From Azonexaceae bacterium (GTDB lineage: Bacteria > Pseudomonadota > Gammaproteobacteria > Burkholderiales > Rhodocyclaceae): 40,713 nucleotides of DNA. The position numbers and the translations under genes are program-made. The notes beneath the pieces are model-generated. The model was not told the origin of the DNA and searched no databases. It saw only the letters and a list, made by a program, of their open reading frames with translations. The stretch lies in NCBI GenBank assembly GCA_041307825.1, contig JBFZCS010000046.1:1-40713 (forward strand). Direction: 5' to 3'. This document shows positions 1-8,532 of this stretch, in pieces. The stretch's first letter is position 1. The number at the start of each line of letters is the position of its first letter.

Positions 1-1
1 T

Positions 2-640
2 CAGGCGCGCCTGACAGTCCGGGTTCACCGGGCAAATCTCGCAGCGCGGCCGGCTGCGGGTGCACAAGGTGGCGCCGAGATCCATCAGACCCTGCGTGTA
101 GCTTTCGATATCCGCCGCGGGGAGCAGGCGTTCGGCCAGCGCCCACAGTTCGCGGTCTACCGCGGCCAGGCCGGGAAAGCCTTCAATCGCGAAGCGGCGG
201 CACAGCACACGCCTGACGTTGCCGTCGAGTATCGCTGCGCGCTGGCCGAACGCAAAGGCGGCGATGGCGGCCGCCGTCGAGCGGCCGATGCCGGGCAGGG
301 CGCTCAACTGGCTGGCGGAATTTGGCCATTTTCCGGCGTGGACCGCGACAATCTCGCGCGCGCAGCGATGGAGATTGCGCGCCCTGGCGTAATACCCGAG
401 TCCGGCCCAGTGCTCGATCACCGCCTCGAGCGGCGCTTCCGCCAATGCCTGCAGCGTCGGAAAGCGTGTCAGGAAACGCTGGAAATACGGGATCACCGCA
501 CTGACCTGCGTCTGTTGCAGCATGATCTCGGAGAGCCAGATCCGGTATGGGTCGCGCGTCTGCTGCCAGGGCAGGTCGTGGCGCCCGGCAGTTTTCTGCC
601 AGGCGATCAGTCGCTCGCTGAAGGCGGGAGTGATGGACAA
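2..640 (-). CDS. mutY: A/G-specific adenine glycosylase MutY (N-terminal part; runs off the window start)
   Basis: Manual minus-strand translation from TTG 640 (alternative TTG 664): LSITPAFSERLIAWQKTAGRHDLPWQQTRDPYRIWLSEIMLQQTQV...LPGIGRSTAAAI...ILDGNVRRV...QGLMDLGATLCTRSRPRCEICPVNPDC. Contains the HhH-GPD motif and the Cx6Cx2Cx5C 4Fe-4S motif. Not in the ORF track because there is no stop in the window. Confidence 0.96.
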   Translation of the reverse strand, partial: MSITPAFSERLIAWQKTAGRHDLPWQQTRDPYRIWLSEIMLQQTQVSAVIPYFQRFLTRFPTLQALAEAPLEAVIEHWAGLGYYARARNLHRCAREIVAVHAGKWPNSASQLSALPGIGRSTAAAIAAFAFGQRAAILDGNVRRVLCRRFAIEGFPGLAAVDRELWALAERLLPAADIESYTQGLMDLGATLCTRSRPRCEICPVNPDCQARL

Positions 641-726
641 ATCGGCGGAAAAATCAATGGACAAATCAGCCTCGACGCGCGGATGCGGAGCACGGATAAT
701 ACGGCGTTTTTCAGCCGGCATTTTTG

Positions 727-1218
727 ATGAGCGAGATTCAGGACGATACCCGCGCCTTGCGCAACACCCTCGGACGCTTCGCGACCGGGGTAACCATAGT
801 CACGGCAATCGATCCCGACGGGCAACCGATCGGGCTGACGGTCAATTCGTTTTCGGCCGTGTCGCTCAACCCGCCGCTGGTGCTCTGGTGCCTCGACAAC
901 ATCTCGCACAACCTCGAGGCCTTCCGCCACGCCAGCCACCATGCCATCAATGTGCTGGCCGCGGGGCAGGTCGATCTCTCAAACCGCTTCGCGACCTGGC
1001 CGGTCGATCGTTTCGCCGGGCTGCACTGGCGCACCGGCGCCGGAGGCGCACCGCTGCTGGCGGACTGTTGCGCCAGTTTCGAGGTGATCAACGAAAGCTG
1101 CCAGGCCGGCGGCGATCATTCGATCTTTGTCGGCCGCGTCGTGAATTTCAGCGAAACCCCCGACCTTGCGCCTTTGCTCTTCCATGCCGGGCAGTATTGC
1201 CAGCTCGCCGAGGATTGA
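727..1218 (+). CDS. Flavin reductase-like protein (HpaC/RutF family)
   Basis: LRNTLGRFATGVTIVT, GLTVNSFSAVSLNPPLVLWC and GGDHSIFVGRV are typical flavin reductase family motifs. Confidence 0.92.
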   Translation: MSEIQDDTRALRNTLGRFATGVTIVTAIDPDGQPIGLTVNSFSAVSLNPPLVLWCLDNISHNLEAFRHASHHAINVLAAGQVDLSNRFATWPVDRFAGLHWRTGAGGAPLLADCCASFEVINESCQAGGDHSIFVGRVVNFSETPDLAPLLFHAGQYCQLAED

Positions 1219-1237
1219 ACAAGTCGGCGTTTACCCG

Positions 1238-2269
1238 CTAGGCGTCGTCGCGGACCGGTCCCGACAGTAGCGTGGCGATCCAGCGGCTGGACGAACCCAG
1301 TTCGCATACGGTGAGAATTGCCATCGTCACGGGAACCCCGATGAATGCTCCGGGGATGCCCCACAGGAAGGTCCAGAAGAAGACCGCGAAGACGATGAGG
1401 AAAGGCGAGACGGCCAGCGCGGTTCCCGAAAACCGTGGCTCCAGATAGCTGCCGATGACGAACTGTATGATGTTCAAACCGACGAAGACGAAAGCCGCCA
1501 TTTGCCATGATTCGAACTGCGCCGCCGTGAACAAGGTCGGCAACACCGTCGCGAACAGCGGGCCGATCACGGGAATGTAGTTGAGGGCGAAAGCGATGAC
1601 GCCCCATGCTGCCGCCAGTTCGATATCGAGGGCATGGGTGAAACCCCAGACGACAAATCCGGTGAGGATGCTGGCCAACGTACGGACCAGGAGATACTTG
1701 CGGAATTTATGTGAAATCCTGGCGGCGGCTTCCAGTATCCGGTCACCGGTCAAGCCATTGTTCATTGCCTGAATCTTTTGTTGAAAGTCGCGGACCTCGA
1801 GCAGGCCGAGCATCGTGAATATAAGCACCATCACCGAAAACCCGACGAGGCCGTTGATCCGCGCGACGATATCCTGGAACAGGCGTACCAGTGAAAGTGC
1901 ATTGAAGCGTTCGGCGAATTGGCCGGCGAGCAGAATTCCATGTCCGTCAAGCCATTCCGTCGTATGCCCGTAAAGCTCCTGGAAGCGGCCCATATTGGCA
2001 ATCAGCCAGCGGCCGACCATGCCAATTCCCCAGGATGTTATCAAGGCAAGCGTGCCAATGACGACGATGGTTGCGGAGAGCGTAAACAGCAGCGCGAGCA
2101 CCCGCGGAATTCTCGCCTCGATGGTTTTCTGAAGCGGCCAGACAATGGCAATGACGAACAGCGACATTGCGACCGGCGCAAAAATGGCGCTTCCGAGATA
2201 CAAAGCGGCCGCGACGAGGATTGCCGCACAGAGTACGGACAAAATCCGGATTGAATTATCTCCGGCCAT
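1238..2269 (-). CDS. AI-2E family (PerM/TqsA-like) transporter
   Basis: 343 aa multi-pass hydrophobic protein with AFALNYIPVIGPLFA, YLEPR and FWTFLWGIPGAFIGVP motifs. Confidence 0.9.
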   Translation of the reverse strand: MAGDNSIRILSVLCAAILVAAALYLGSAIFAPVAMSLFVIAIVWPLQKTIEARIPRVLALLFTLSATIVVIGTLALITSWGIGMVGRWLIANMGRFQELYGHTTEWLDGHGILLAGQFAERFNALSLVRLFQDIVARINGLVGFSVMVLIFTMLGLLEVRDFQQKIQAMNNGLTGDRILEAAARISHKFRKYLLVRTLASILTGFVVWGFTHALDIELAAAWGVIAFALNYIPVIGPLFATVLPTLFTAAQFESWQMAAFVFVGLNIIQFVIGSYLEPRFSGTALAVSPFLIVFAVFFWTFLWGIPGAFIGVPVTMAILTVCELGSSSRWIATLLSGPVRDDA

Positions 2270-2481
2270 AGGTAGATCCGGTTGGAGCGACGATGAGAGA
2301 TGCGCGATGCATTATATCGACAATTCGATTCCGGACAGTTTGCCAGAGGTTTTACCGGTTCCAGCTGCGCCAGGACGGCGAGGCATGCTGCGTAGCGATG
2401 GGCCGAAGCAAAAGCGTGCGGACTTGCATCCGGCAACGCTTCGCAAGAAGGGCGTGTTCAATCGCAAACCTGCGGGCGAGG

Positions 2482-2490
2482 TGCTAGAAT
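2482..2490 (+). promoter_or_regulatory. Putative extended -10 element (TGnTAGAAT) for tRNA-Gly
   Basis: TGCTAGAAT about 40 nt upstream of the tRNA; motif match only. Confidence 0.45.
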
Positions 2491-2531
2491 TCCTGCCCGT
2501 GGAAGGGTGCGTCTTCCCACGAGGGTTCAGA

Positions 2532-2605
2532 GCGGGTGTAGTTCAATGGTAGAACGGCAGCTTCCCAAGCTGCATACGAGGGTTCGATTCCCTTCACCCG
2601 CTCCA
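2532..2605 (+). tRNA. tRNA-Gly (anticodon CCC)
   Basis: GCGGGTG/CACCCGC acceptor stem, D-arm GTTCAATGGTAGAAC, anticodon arm GCAGC-TTCCCAA-GCTGC, T-loop GGTTCGATTCC, encoded CCA; 74 nt. Confidence 0.98.
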
Positions 2606-2706
2606 TGCAGGAGGTTGATATGGATGTGAGACTGGCCCCCTGTTTTTGTAGTCGCAGGAACGATGCAGAATCCCGGACATACTCGTCCATTTCAGGATCC
2701 GTCTGA

Positions 2707-3393
2707 ATGAGTGCGCCGCGCATCGTCGTCTTGACCGGCGTCACCCGGGGATTGGGGCGCGCCCTGCTCAGGGAACTGGCGGCCGCCGGTCATACCGTGG
2801 CTGGATGCGGTCGCAATGCCGGGCACATCGAAGCCCTTCGGCGGGAATATCCTGCACCCCATAGCTTTGCCACCGTGGATGTCAGTGATGATGTTCAGGT
2901 ATCCAGTTGGGCAGTTCAAATACTCGATACTCTCGGCATCCCTGAATTGCTGATCAACAACGCCGCCCTGGTGAACAGGAACGCGCCGCTCTGGGAGATT
3001 CAGGCCAGAGAATTCGATGCTCTGACCGGCGCAAATATCAATGGTGTCACCAATGTCATCCGACACTTCGTGCCCGCTATGGTCAAAGTAAAACGCGGTG
3101 TGATCGTCAATGTCAGTTCCGGCTGGGGACGCAGCACATCGGCTGGCGTTGCTCCCTATTGCGCCACCAAATGGGCGATCGAGGGATTGACCAAGGCGCT
3201 GGCTCAGGAATTGCCCGAAGGGATGGCGGCAGTCCCGCTGAATCCCGGCATTATCGATACAGACATGCTGCGCATCTCGTTCGGCGACGAGGCAGGCGCT
3301 TACGAATCGCCCGAACGGTGGGCGGTGCGAGCGGTCAAGAAAATTCTGGCCCTGGGACCCAAGGATTCCGGCAAATCGCTCAGCGTCGATTGA
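2707..3393 (+). CDS. SDR family NAD(P)-dependent oxidoreductase
   Basis: TGVTRGLG Rossmann motif, LLINNAA, VNVSSG, catalytic YCATK, LNPGIIDTDM. Confidence 0.93.
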   Translation: MSAPRIVVLTGVTRGLGRALLRELAAAGHTVAGCGRNAGHIEALRREYPAPHSFATVDVSDDVQVSSWAVQILDTLGIPELLINNAALVNRNAPLWEIQAREFDALTGANINGVTNVIRHFVPAMVKVKRGVIVNVSSGWGRSTSAGVAPYCATKWAIEGLTKALAQELPEGMAAVPLNPGIIDTDMLRISFGDEAGAYESPERWAVRAVKKILALGPKDSGKSLSVD

Positions 3394-3567
3394 CACCAGG
3401 TTCGATCGAGCAATGGCAAACTCATCGAGAAATGGGATTTGTCAGCCCGGAAGACAATCCACGGGTGCCCGCTTGCATTGAAATGACGCGGACCCGGGAC
3501 ATTGATCGCTGTTTTGCTTTTCGGTTAGCGACGGCTGCAAGTTGATGAGTCCAACCCCAACGTTCGG

Positions 3568-3969
3568 TCAGGCGTTCTCTTTGCCGACATAGTATTTTTT
3601 TTCTGATTTGCTGGGCCGACCGGGCTTCTTTTTCATGATCACTACCCCCCTGATACCGGACAGGCTGACGATCGGGTGATCAGGGTAGGCGGGATTCAGC
3701 GCGTGCAGGGCCCAGCCTGCATCGCGCTTGATCAACTGGCGGAAGATGTATTCCTCGTTGTGGAAGGCGATGACATACGATCCGTCGGTGGCCAGCCCTT
3801 CAGGCTCGACGACGATGATCTCGCGTTCCATGAACTCCGGCTCCATGCTGTCGCCCAGCACCATGAGCGCGAACGGCTCGGCATCCGAGCAGGCGCCGTG
3901 CGAACTGCCATCAGCCGGCTGTTCCGCGGATATGATCGGGATGCCTATCGGTTTGCGTTTGTATTCCAT
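3568..3969 (-). CDS. Stand-alone peptidase S24 (LexA/UmuD-like) domain protein without DNA-binding HTH
   Basis: FALMVLGDSMEPEF...IIVVEP...DGSYVIA...EEYIFRQL...LHALNPAYP...IRGVVI; GGAG RBS upstream. Confidence 0.85.
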   Translation of the reverse strand: MEYKRKPIGIPIISAEQPADGSSHGACSDAEPFALMVLGDSMEPEFMEREIIVVEPEGLATDGSYVIAFHNEEYIFRQLIKRDAGWALHALNPAYPDHPIVSLSGIRGVVIMKKKPGRPSKSEKKYYVGKENA

Positions 3970-3989
3970 GCAAGCTCCATAAACGGTGG

Positions 3990-4217
3990 TTACTTATTTA
4001 GCCAGCGCACCAGGTAATAGAGCCTGAAGCCTTCCGACGAGCGCGACGGTCCGATGACGATCGCCGGATGCAGGTTTTCGCCCGCTCGCCGCAACGCCTC
4101 GTCTTCGCTGGCGACGGCTTCCACCACGCCCTCCGGAAAGCGCTTGCGCGTCTTGCTCGGGCTGCTGATCAGCGCCGGTACTTCCTTCGAATGATCTGGG
4201 TCGAGATACAGTTTCAT
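3990..4217 (-). CDS. Hypothetical protein, 75 aa (MKLYLDPDHS...GPSRSSEGFRLYYLVRWLNK)
   Basis: C-terminal part of track ORF 3990..4688; its ATG overlaps the stop of the DsrS-like gene (ATGA at 4214-4217). Confidence 0.75.
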   Translation of the reverse strand: MKLYLDPDHSKEVPALISSPSKTRKRFPEGVVEAVASEDEALRRAGENLHPAIVIGPSRSSEGFRLYYLVRWLNK

Positions 4218-5386
4218 GGCTGCTGATCTGCGTTCTGCGCGCCCGGTGTCGGGAGCGGGGTTCTCAGTGTCCGCACGGCCTGGTCGATGGGCGCAATCAG
4301 CGCCTCGATTCTCCGCCGCATCAGCGCGCCAACGGTCGTGTTGCGCAGCAGCCAGGGGTCGGCGGTCTTGCCGGTCAGTCCGGACAGGGCCAGCATGGTT
4401 TCGATGTCTTGCCGGTAGTCGGGGGCGGCCTGCAACACCTTCAGCAGATCGGCGGGCGCGTCGTGCGTTCCACTGGTCAGCGCGCCGGCCTCGGCAAACG
4501 CCGCTTCCAGCGCTTCGCTCCTGACCGGATAACCCATGGTGTAGAAGTAGCGGCTGATGGCATCGAGCAACGCGTAAACCACCAGCGAGGTGGCGGGCTT
4601 GGCCATTACTTCCGAAACGGCTTTCAGCCAGGTTTGCCCGTTGGCTGAGAGCAACGACAGGAAGCGTTCCGCATAGACATTGCCGCATTCGGCCAGTGGC
4701 TTCAACAGCGCTGCTGCCGCCGGTTCATCGGCGCGCGCCGGCTGGTCGGCCGGCAGGTCGCCGGACTGGAACTCGAGGAAGCCGATGTAATAATAGGGCA
4801 TGCCCTTGGCCAGGCGCCAGAGCCTGGCCGTCGTCTGCGGGTCGGCAAGCTTGCCGTACAGCACCAGCCGGATGGTGTGCATGCGGGCGTCCGGGTTCTC
4901 CTCGAACGGCAGGTGTTCGATGAGAAAATCGGCCAGCACCTTGCCCATCCGGCCCTGGATGACCGCGTCCTTTTCCAGCATCCAGCGCGCGATTTCCATG
5001 GTCGGCTGGCACCACCAGACACGCCGGGCGAGTTCGTCGGTGAGGCTGGCGGCATGGGCGACGGCGACGACGGCTTCCGGTTCGCCGAGCAGCAGCAGCG
5101 ACGCCAGATTCTTGTCGGAAGTCTGGCCCATCCGTGTCCAGTTCTGGAGATAAACCGGATAACCGCGCGGCGAACCGAGCGCCTGTCCGCCGAGAAACTC
5201 CTTGATGCGGGTAATGTACTGGTCGGCCCGGCAGTTGGGATGCAAGCGGATTTTCGCCTCGCCGCCTTCCCGCAGTGCATGCAGCGTCATCGCGCCTTCG
5301 TCGAGGAGCACCGCCTGTAACGGGTCGGACATCATCAGCACGTTGAGGCGCAGGCTGTCTTCGGGGGAGAGATCGCTGGCGGTCAT
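4214..5386 (-). CDS. dsrS: DsrS-like protein (390 aa)
   Basis: N-terminus DLSPEDSLRLNVL...LHPNCRADQY...GQALGSPRGYPVYLQNWTRMGQ...LLLLGEPEAVVAV...LIEHLPFE matches my recollection of the DsrS family of reverse-Dsr sulfur oxidisers. ATG 5386 overlaps the upstream stop (TGATG). Confidence 0.8.
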   Translation of the reverse strand: MTASDLSPEDSLRLNVLMMSDPLQAVLLDEGAMTLHALREGGEAKIRLHPNCRADQYITRIKEFLGGQALGSPRGYPVYLQNWTRMGQTSDKNLASLLLLGEPEAVVAVAHAASLTDELARRVWWCQPTMEIARWMLEKDAVIQGRMGKVLADFLIEHLPFEENPDARMHTIRLVLYGKLADPQTTARLWRLAKGMPYYYIGFLEFQSGDLPADQPARADEPAAAALLKPLAECGNVYAERFLSLLSANGQTWLKAVSEVMAKPATSLVVYALLDAISRYFYTMGYPVRSEALEAAFAEAGALTSGTHDAPADLLKVLQAAPDYRQDIETMLALSGLTGKTADPWLLRNTTVGALMRRRIEALIAPIDQAVRTLRTPLPTPGAQNADQQP

Positions 5387-6711
5387 CAGTTCAGTTGAAT
5401 CCGTTGCCCCCAGGGTACGGGCTTCTTGCCCTTGACCAGCCAGATGGCGGGATAAGGCGGCGCATTCTCGGGAAATTCCGCATCGGCATCGGTGAAATAC
5501 ACCAGCGCATCGGGCCGCAGGTTTTCCCGCTCCACCCATTCGAACACCGGGGCAAAGTCGGTGCCGCCGCCCCCGGCGAAAGCGCGCGGCAGGCGGAATT
5601 CTTCCCACGGTTCGAACACCCAGGGGCAATCTTCGGCGAGCTTTGCGTCACAGGCCAGCAGGGTAATGCGCACCGGCAGCGCGCCCTTGATCGCGTTGAT
5701 TTCGGAAAGAAACTCGGTGAGCTCTTCCGCGCCGATCGAACCCGATGTGTCGATCGCCACGATCAGATCGCATTGCGCGCTTTTCAGCGACGGCAGGATC
5801 ATTTCGCCCTCGCGGCGGGACGGCCGCATGTAGTTGTAGTCGTTACGGGCACGCTCGAAGAAATAGTGCGCCAACAACGTGCGCCAGGGCAATTTTGGCT
5901 CCAGCCAGGTGTCGACCATGCGTGCCATGGCGCCACCGAGCTTGCCGGCGTGTTGCGCCTGCTGCGCGGCGCCGGCCAGATATTGCTGCCATTTCTGTCC
6001 CAGTTCCTCGCGCTCCTGCATGGTCAACGGTTCGGGCGGATTGTCGCTGCGCTCATCCTCGCCCGCCTCATGGCCGGATCGCCCCTGCCGGGGTTCAGCT
6101 TCGGCGCTGCCACCGTCGTCGCTCTGTTGGCGATCCTTGTTCTGCGCCTGCGCGCCTCCTGAAGACTGGCCCTGATGATCCTGCGGGGAATCGTCCGGCG
6201 GCGGTTCATTGCTCCGGCCGCCCTGGCTGCCGTCGGCATTGTTGTCATACAGGTGCTGGTCGAGAGTTTCGCCGTCCGGGTTGTCATCCAGACAGGGATA
6301 AATTTCCTCGGCGCTCATGTTGTCGTACATGTTCAGCACGACCACCTCGGGCGGCGCTTGCAGTCCGTCGCCGACGAGGATGGGATTGATCGCGAAGTCG
6401 CAGGCGAGATCCCATTTAAGCTGGATGCGGTGGCCGCGCCGGATGAAGTGGGTCAGTGCGCAGTGCAGCGCTTCATGCGCCAGCACGAACTCGATCTGGG
6501 ACAGCGACAGGCGGCCGATATAGGACGGGTTGTAGTAGAAGCTTTTCATGTCCGTGGCGGTGGTACGACACCACGGCCCGGCCGCGATCATCGGCAGGCG
6601 CAATACCAGCGCCCCGAGGAAGGGCTTGTCGAGGATCAGCCGCGTCCGGGCCGCCGCCAGTTTGGTGGCGGGGTCGTTGGCGCTGGCGATTCGGGCGGAA
6701 CTCGATGACAT
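5386..6711 (-). CDS. DUF2201-type putative metallopeptidase plus VWA-like domain protein
   Basis: HEALH (HExxH) and D-x-A-I-N in the N-domain; low-complexity D/Q/G/S linker; VAIDTSGSI MIDAS, GGGGTDF and LVYFTD motifs. Confidence 0.9.
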   Translation of the reverse strand: MSSSSARIASANDPATKLAAARTRLILDKPFLGALVLRLPMIAAGPWCRTTATDMKSFYYNPSYIGRLSLSQIEFVLAHEALHCALTHFIRRGHRIQLKWDLACDFAINPILVGDGLQAPPEVVVLNMYDNMSAEEIYPCLDDNPDGETLDQHLYDNNADGSQGGRSNEPPPDDSPQDHQGQSSGGAQAQNKDRQQSDDGGSAEAEPRQGRSGHEAGEDERSDNPPEPLTMQEREELGQKWQQYLAGAAQQAQHAGKLGGAMARMVDTWLEPKLPWRTLLAHYFFERARNDYNYMRPSRREGEMILPSLKSAQCDLIVAIDTSGSIGAEELTEFLSEINAIKGALPVRITLLACDAKLAEDCPWVFEPWEEFRLPRAFAGGGGTDFAPVFEWVERENLRPDALVYFTDADAEFPENAPPYPAIWLVKGKKPVPWGQRIQLN

Positions 6712-6757
6712 GACGTGTCAGGAAGCTGAGAGACTCAAGGGATCCTGCGCTGAGAGC

Positions 6758-7801
6758 CTATTCGTAGAGAACGATATCGGCGACCTGCTTCGCCCATTCC
6801 GCAAACTGCGGCACGGCAAACAGGGGTTGTCCGATATTGCGGTGGATGTCGGAAACCAGCATGACACCCATCTCCCGTAGCGGGAAGCGGGCGGCGTAGT
6901 CGAGAATGTGGCCCAGCATCTGCGTGACGTCGCTGCTGCCCCTGGCGCGGATGGCGCGGGCGACCAGTGCGGCGGCAACGGCGTATTGCAGATCGGTGTC
7001 GCGCGGGACATCGGCCTCGCGGCCTTCGACGATGGCGTCCAGATCGGGCATGCGGGACAGGTTGGCGAGATAAGCCGAAAATTCGATGCCGGCCGCCTGG
7101 CCGACGCAGGCCGCCAGCGCCGGGCCGAGGAGGTCGGGCCGGTCGCTGAACTTCTGCAACGCGCGATGGGCGAATTCCCATGAGCGCGGTGTCGGGAAGG
7201 CAGTGGGATTGCGCGCCGGGTCGAAGTCGAACAGCATCTCCGGGCGGAAGCGCAGGAAGCCGATCAGCCGGGAATCGATGCTGTTTTCGTAGGCCCACCG
7301 GCACCAGTCATCAAGGTTGGCTTCGACGTCGAAATGCGAAAACCGGTTGGCCAGCGGCGCCGGCATGGCATAGGTGACGCCCCGGTCGCCCTGCCGGTTG
7401 CCGGCGGCAAAAATCGCCCAGCCCGGCGGAACCTCGTACGCGCCGAGACGGCGGTCGAGAATCAACTGATAAGCCGCGGCGGAAACGGAGGGCGGCGCGG
7501 AAGTGATTTCATCGAGGAACAGGATACCCTTGGCGCCATGCCGCCCGGCGTCCGGCAGGATGGAAGGAATCGCCCAATCGACATGATCGCCGACGCGAAA
7601 GGGAATGCCGCGCAAGTCGGAAGGTTCCATTTGCGAGAGGCGGATATCGATCACCGGCGCCCGGTGCCTGGCCGCCATTTCGCTCACCATCTGCGATTTG
7701 CCGACGCCAGGCGGACCCCACATCATGACCGGCGTATGGTGGCCTTCGGCGGCGCTGAGGAATTCGGTTTCAAGAATCGGGATCAACTGGGCGGGACGCA
7801 T
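6758..7801 (-). CDS. MoxR-like AAA+ ATPase (AAA_5 type)
   Basis: Walker A GPPGVGKS, Walker B ILFLDE, AAGNRQGD sensor-1, LANRF arginine finger, TPRSW sensor-2. Confidence 0.92.
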   Translation of the reverse strand: MRPAQLIPILETEFLSAAEGHHTPVMMWGPPGVGKSQMVSEMAARHRAPVIDIRLSQMEPSDLRGIPFRVGDHVDWAIPSILPDAGRHGAKGILFLDEITSAPPSVSAAAYQLILDRRLGAYEVPPGWAIFAAGNRQGDRGVTYAMPAPLANRFSHFDVEANLDDWCRWAYENSIDSRLIGFLRFRPEMLFDFDPARNPTAFPTPRSWEFAHRALQKFSDRPDLLGPALAACVGQAAGIEFSAYLANLSRMPDLDAIVEGREADVPRDTDLQYAVAAALVARAIRARGSSDVTQMLGHILDYAARFPLREMGVMLVSDIHRNIGQPLFAVPQFAEWAKQVADIVLYE

Positions 7802-7888
7802 AAGGGCAAGGAAGGCTTATCGAAGTTGAATATCTTACTGTGGATTAGCGCTCGCCAGATATCGAGCTTGCGCCGTTGACTGCCCGGC

Positions 7889-8233
7889 CTAATCCGCCAG
7901 CAGGGTGATGGTCGTTTCGGCCGTCGCCTTGTCGATGGCGAAGAGCAGTTCACAGTACTCGTTTTGCGGCTCGACCGGCGTCGGATCGTCCGCGCAGCTG
8001 CAACCGGTGATGATGCCGGAAAAGAAGACACCCACCCTGGCGCGAATGAAACCGGCTTCGTCGGCGGCAGCGATGATCATTGCCTCGAAGCAGTCGTCGA
8101 GGGCATGGCTGCTTGCCGTCAGGCCCTGTTGCAAGGGTAGCCGTCCGCCGCCCAGCTGTTCGATTTCCAGCTTGAGCACGGGCATGAATTCCGGCGAGTT
8201 CCAGGCGCCCAGCGCGGCGGGGAGACGAATCAT
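7889..8233 (-). CDS. Hypothetical protein, 114 aa, with GCSCADDP...EYCE motif
   Basis: ATG start 17 nt after the upstream stop, AGGA RBS, conserved-looking Cys motif. Confidence 0.8.
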   Translation of the reverse strand: MIRLPAALGAWNSPEFMPVLKLEIEQLGGGRLPLQQGLTASSHALDDCFEAMIIAAADEAGFIRARVGVFFSGIITGCSCADDPTPVEPQNEYCELLFAIDKATAETTITLLAD

Positions 8234-8250
8234 TGCCGATGGAATCCTGC

Positions 8251-8532
8251 TCAGTTCGGCTTCCGGGTCGGCTTGGGCATGGCCACGACCTTGCTCGCGG
8301 GCGGCTCGTCCGTGTAGTAGGGTTTCTCGTTGTCGGACAGGCCGGCCATCAGGGCCAGTTCCCGCTCGCGCTCGGCGATCAGTCCGAACAGGTCGCGAAT
8401 GTCGTTGATGGTGCTTTGCTGAAAGGGGTGGGGCGCGCCCTGCGCCGGCATGGCGTCCTTGACGATATTGCCCAGTACCTTGCGCAGTACGCGCAGGATG
8501 CGTTGTTCCTTCGACAGGTTGTCATCGTTCAA
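8251..8532 (-). CDS. Hypothetical helical protein, 93 aa (LSKEQRILRVLRKVLGNIVKD...DIRDLFGLIAEREREL)
   Basis: TTG start with GGAG RBS 7 nt upstream; co-oriented with the cluster. Confidence 0.78.
   Translation of the reverse strand: MNDDNLSKEQRILRVLRKVLGNIVKDAMPAQGAPHPFQQSTINDIRDLFGLIAERERELALMAGLSDNEKPYYTDEPPASKVVAMPKPTRKPN

Noticed and set aside
2484-2744. 86-aa minus-strand ORF
   Set aside because: Antisense translation across tRNA-Gly (ERVKGIEPS is a typical tRNA shadow)
3398-3408. GGTTCGAT after the SDR as a possible attR copy of the tRNA 3' end
   Set aside because: Only about 8 nt match; the acceptor-stem sequence is absent
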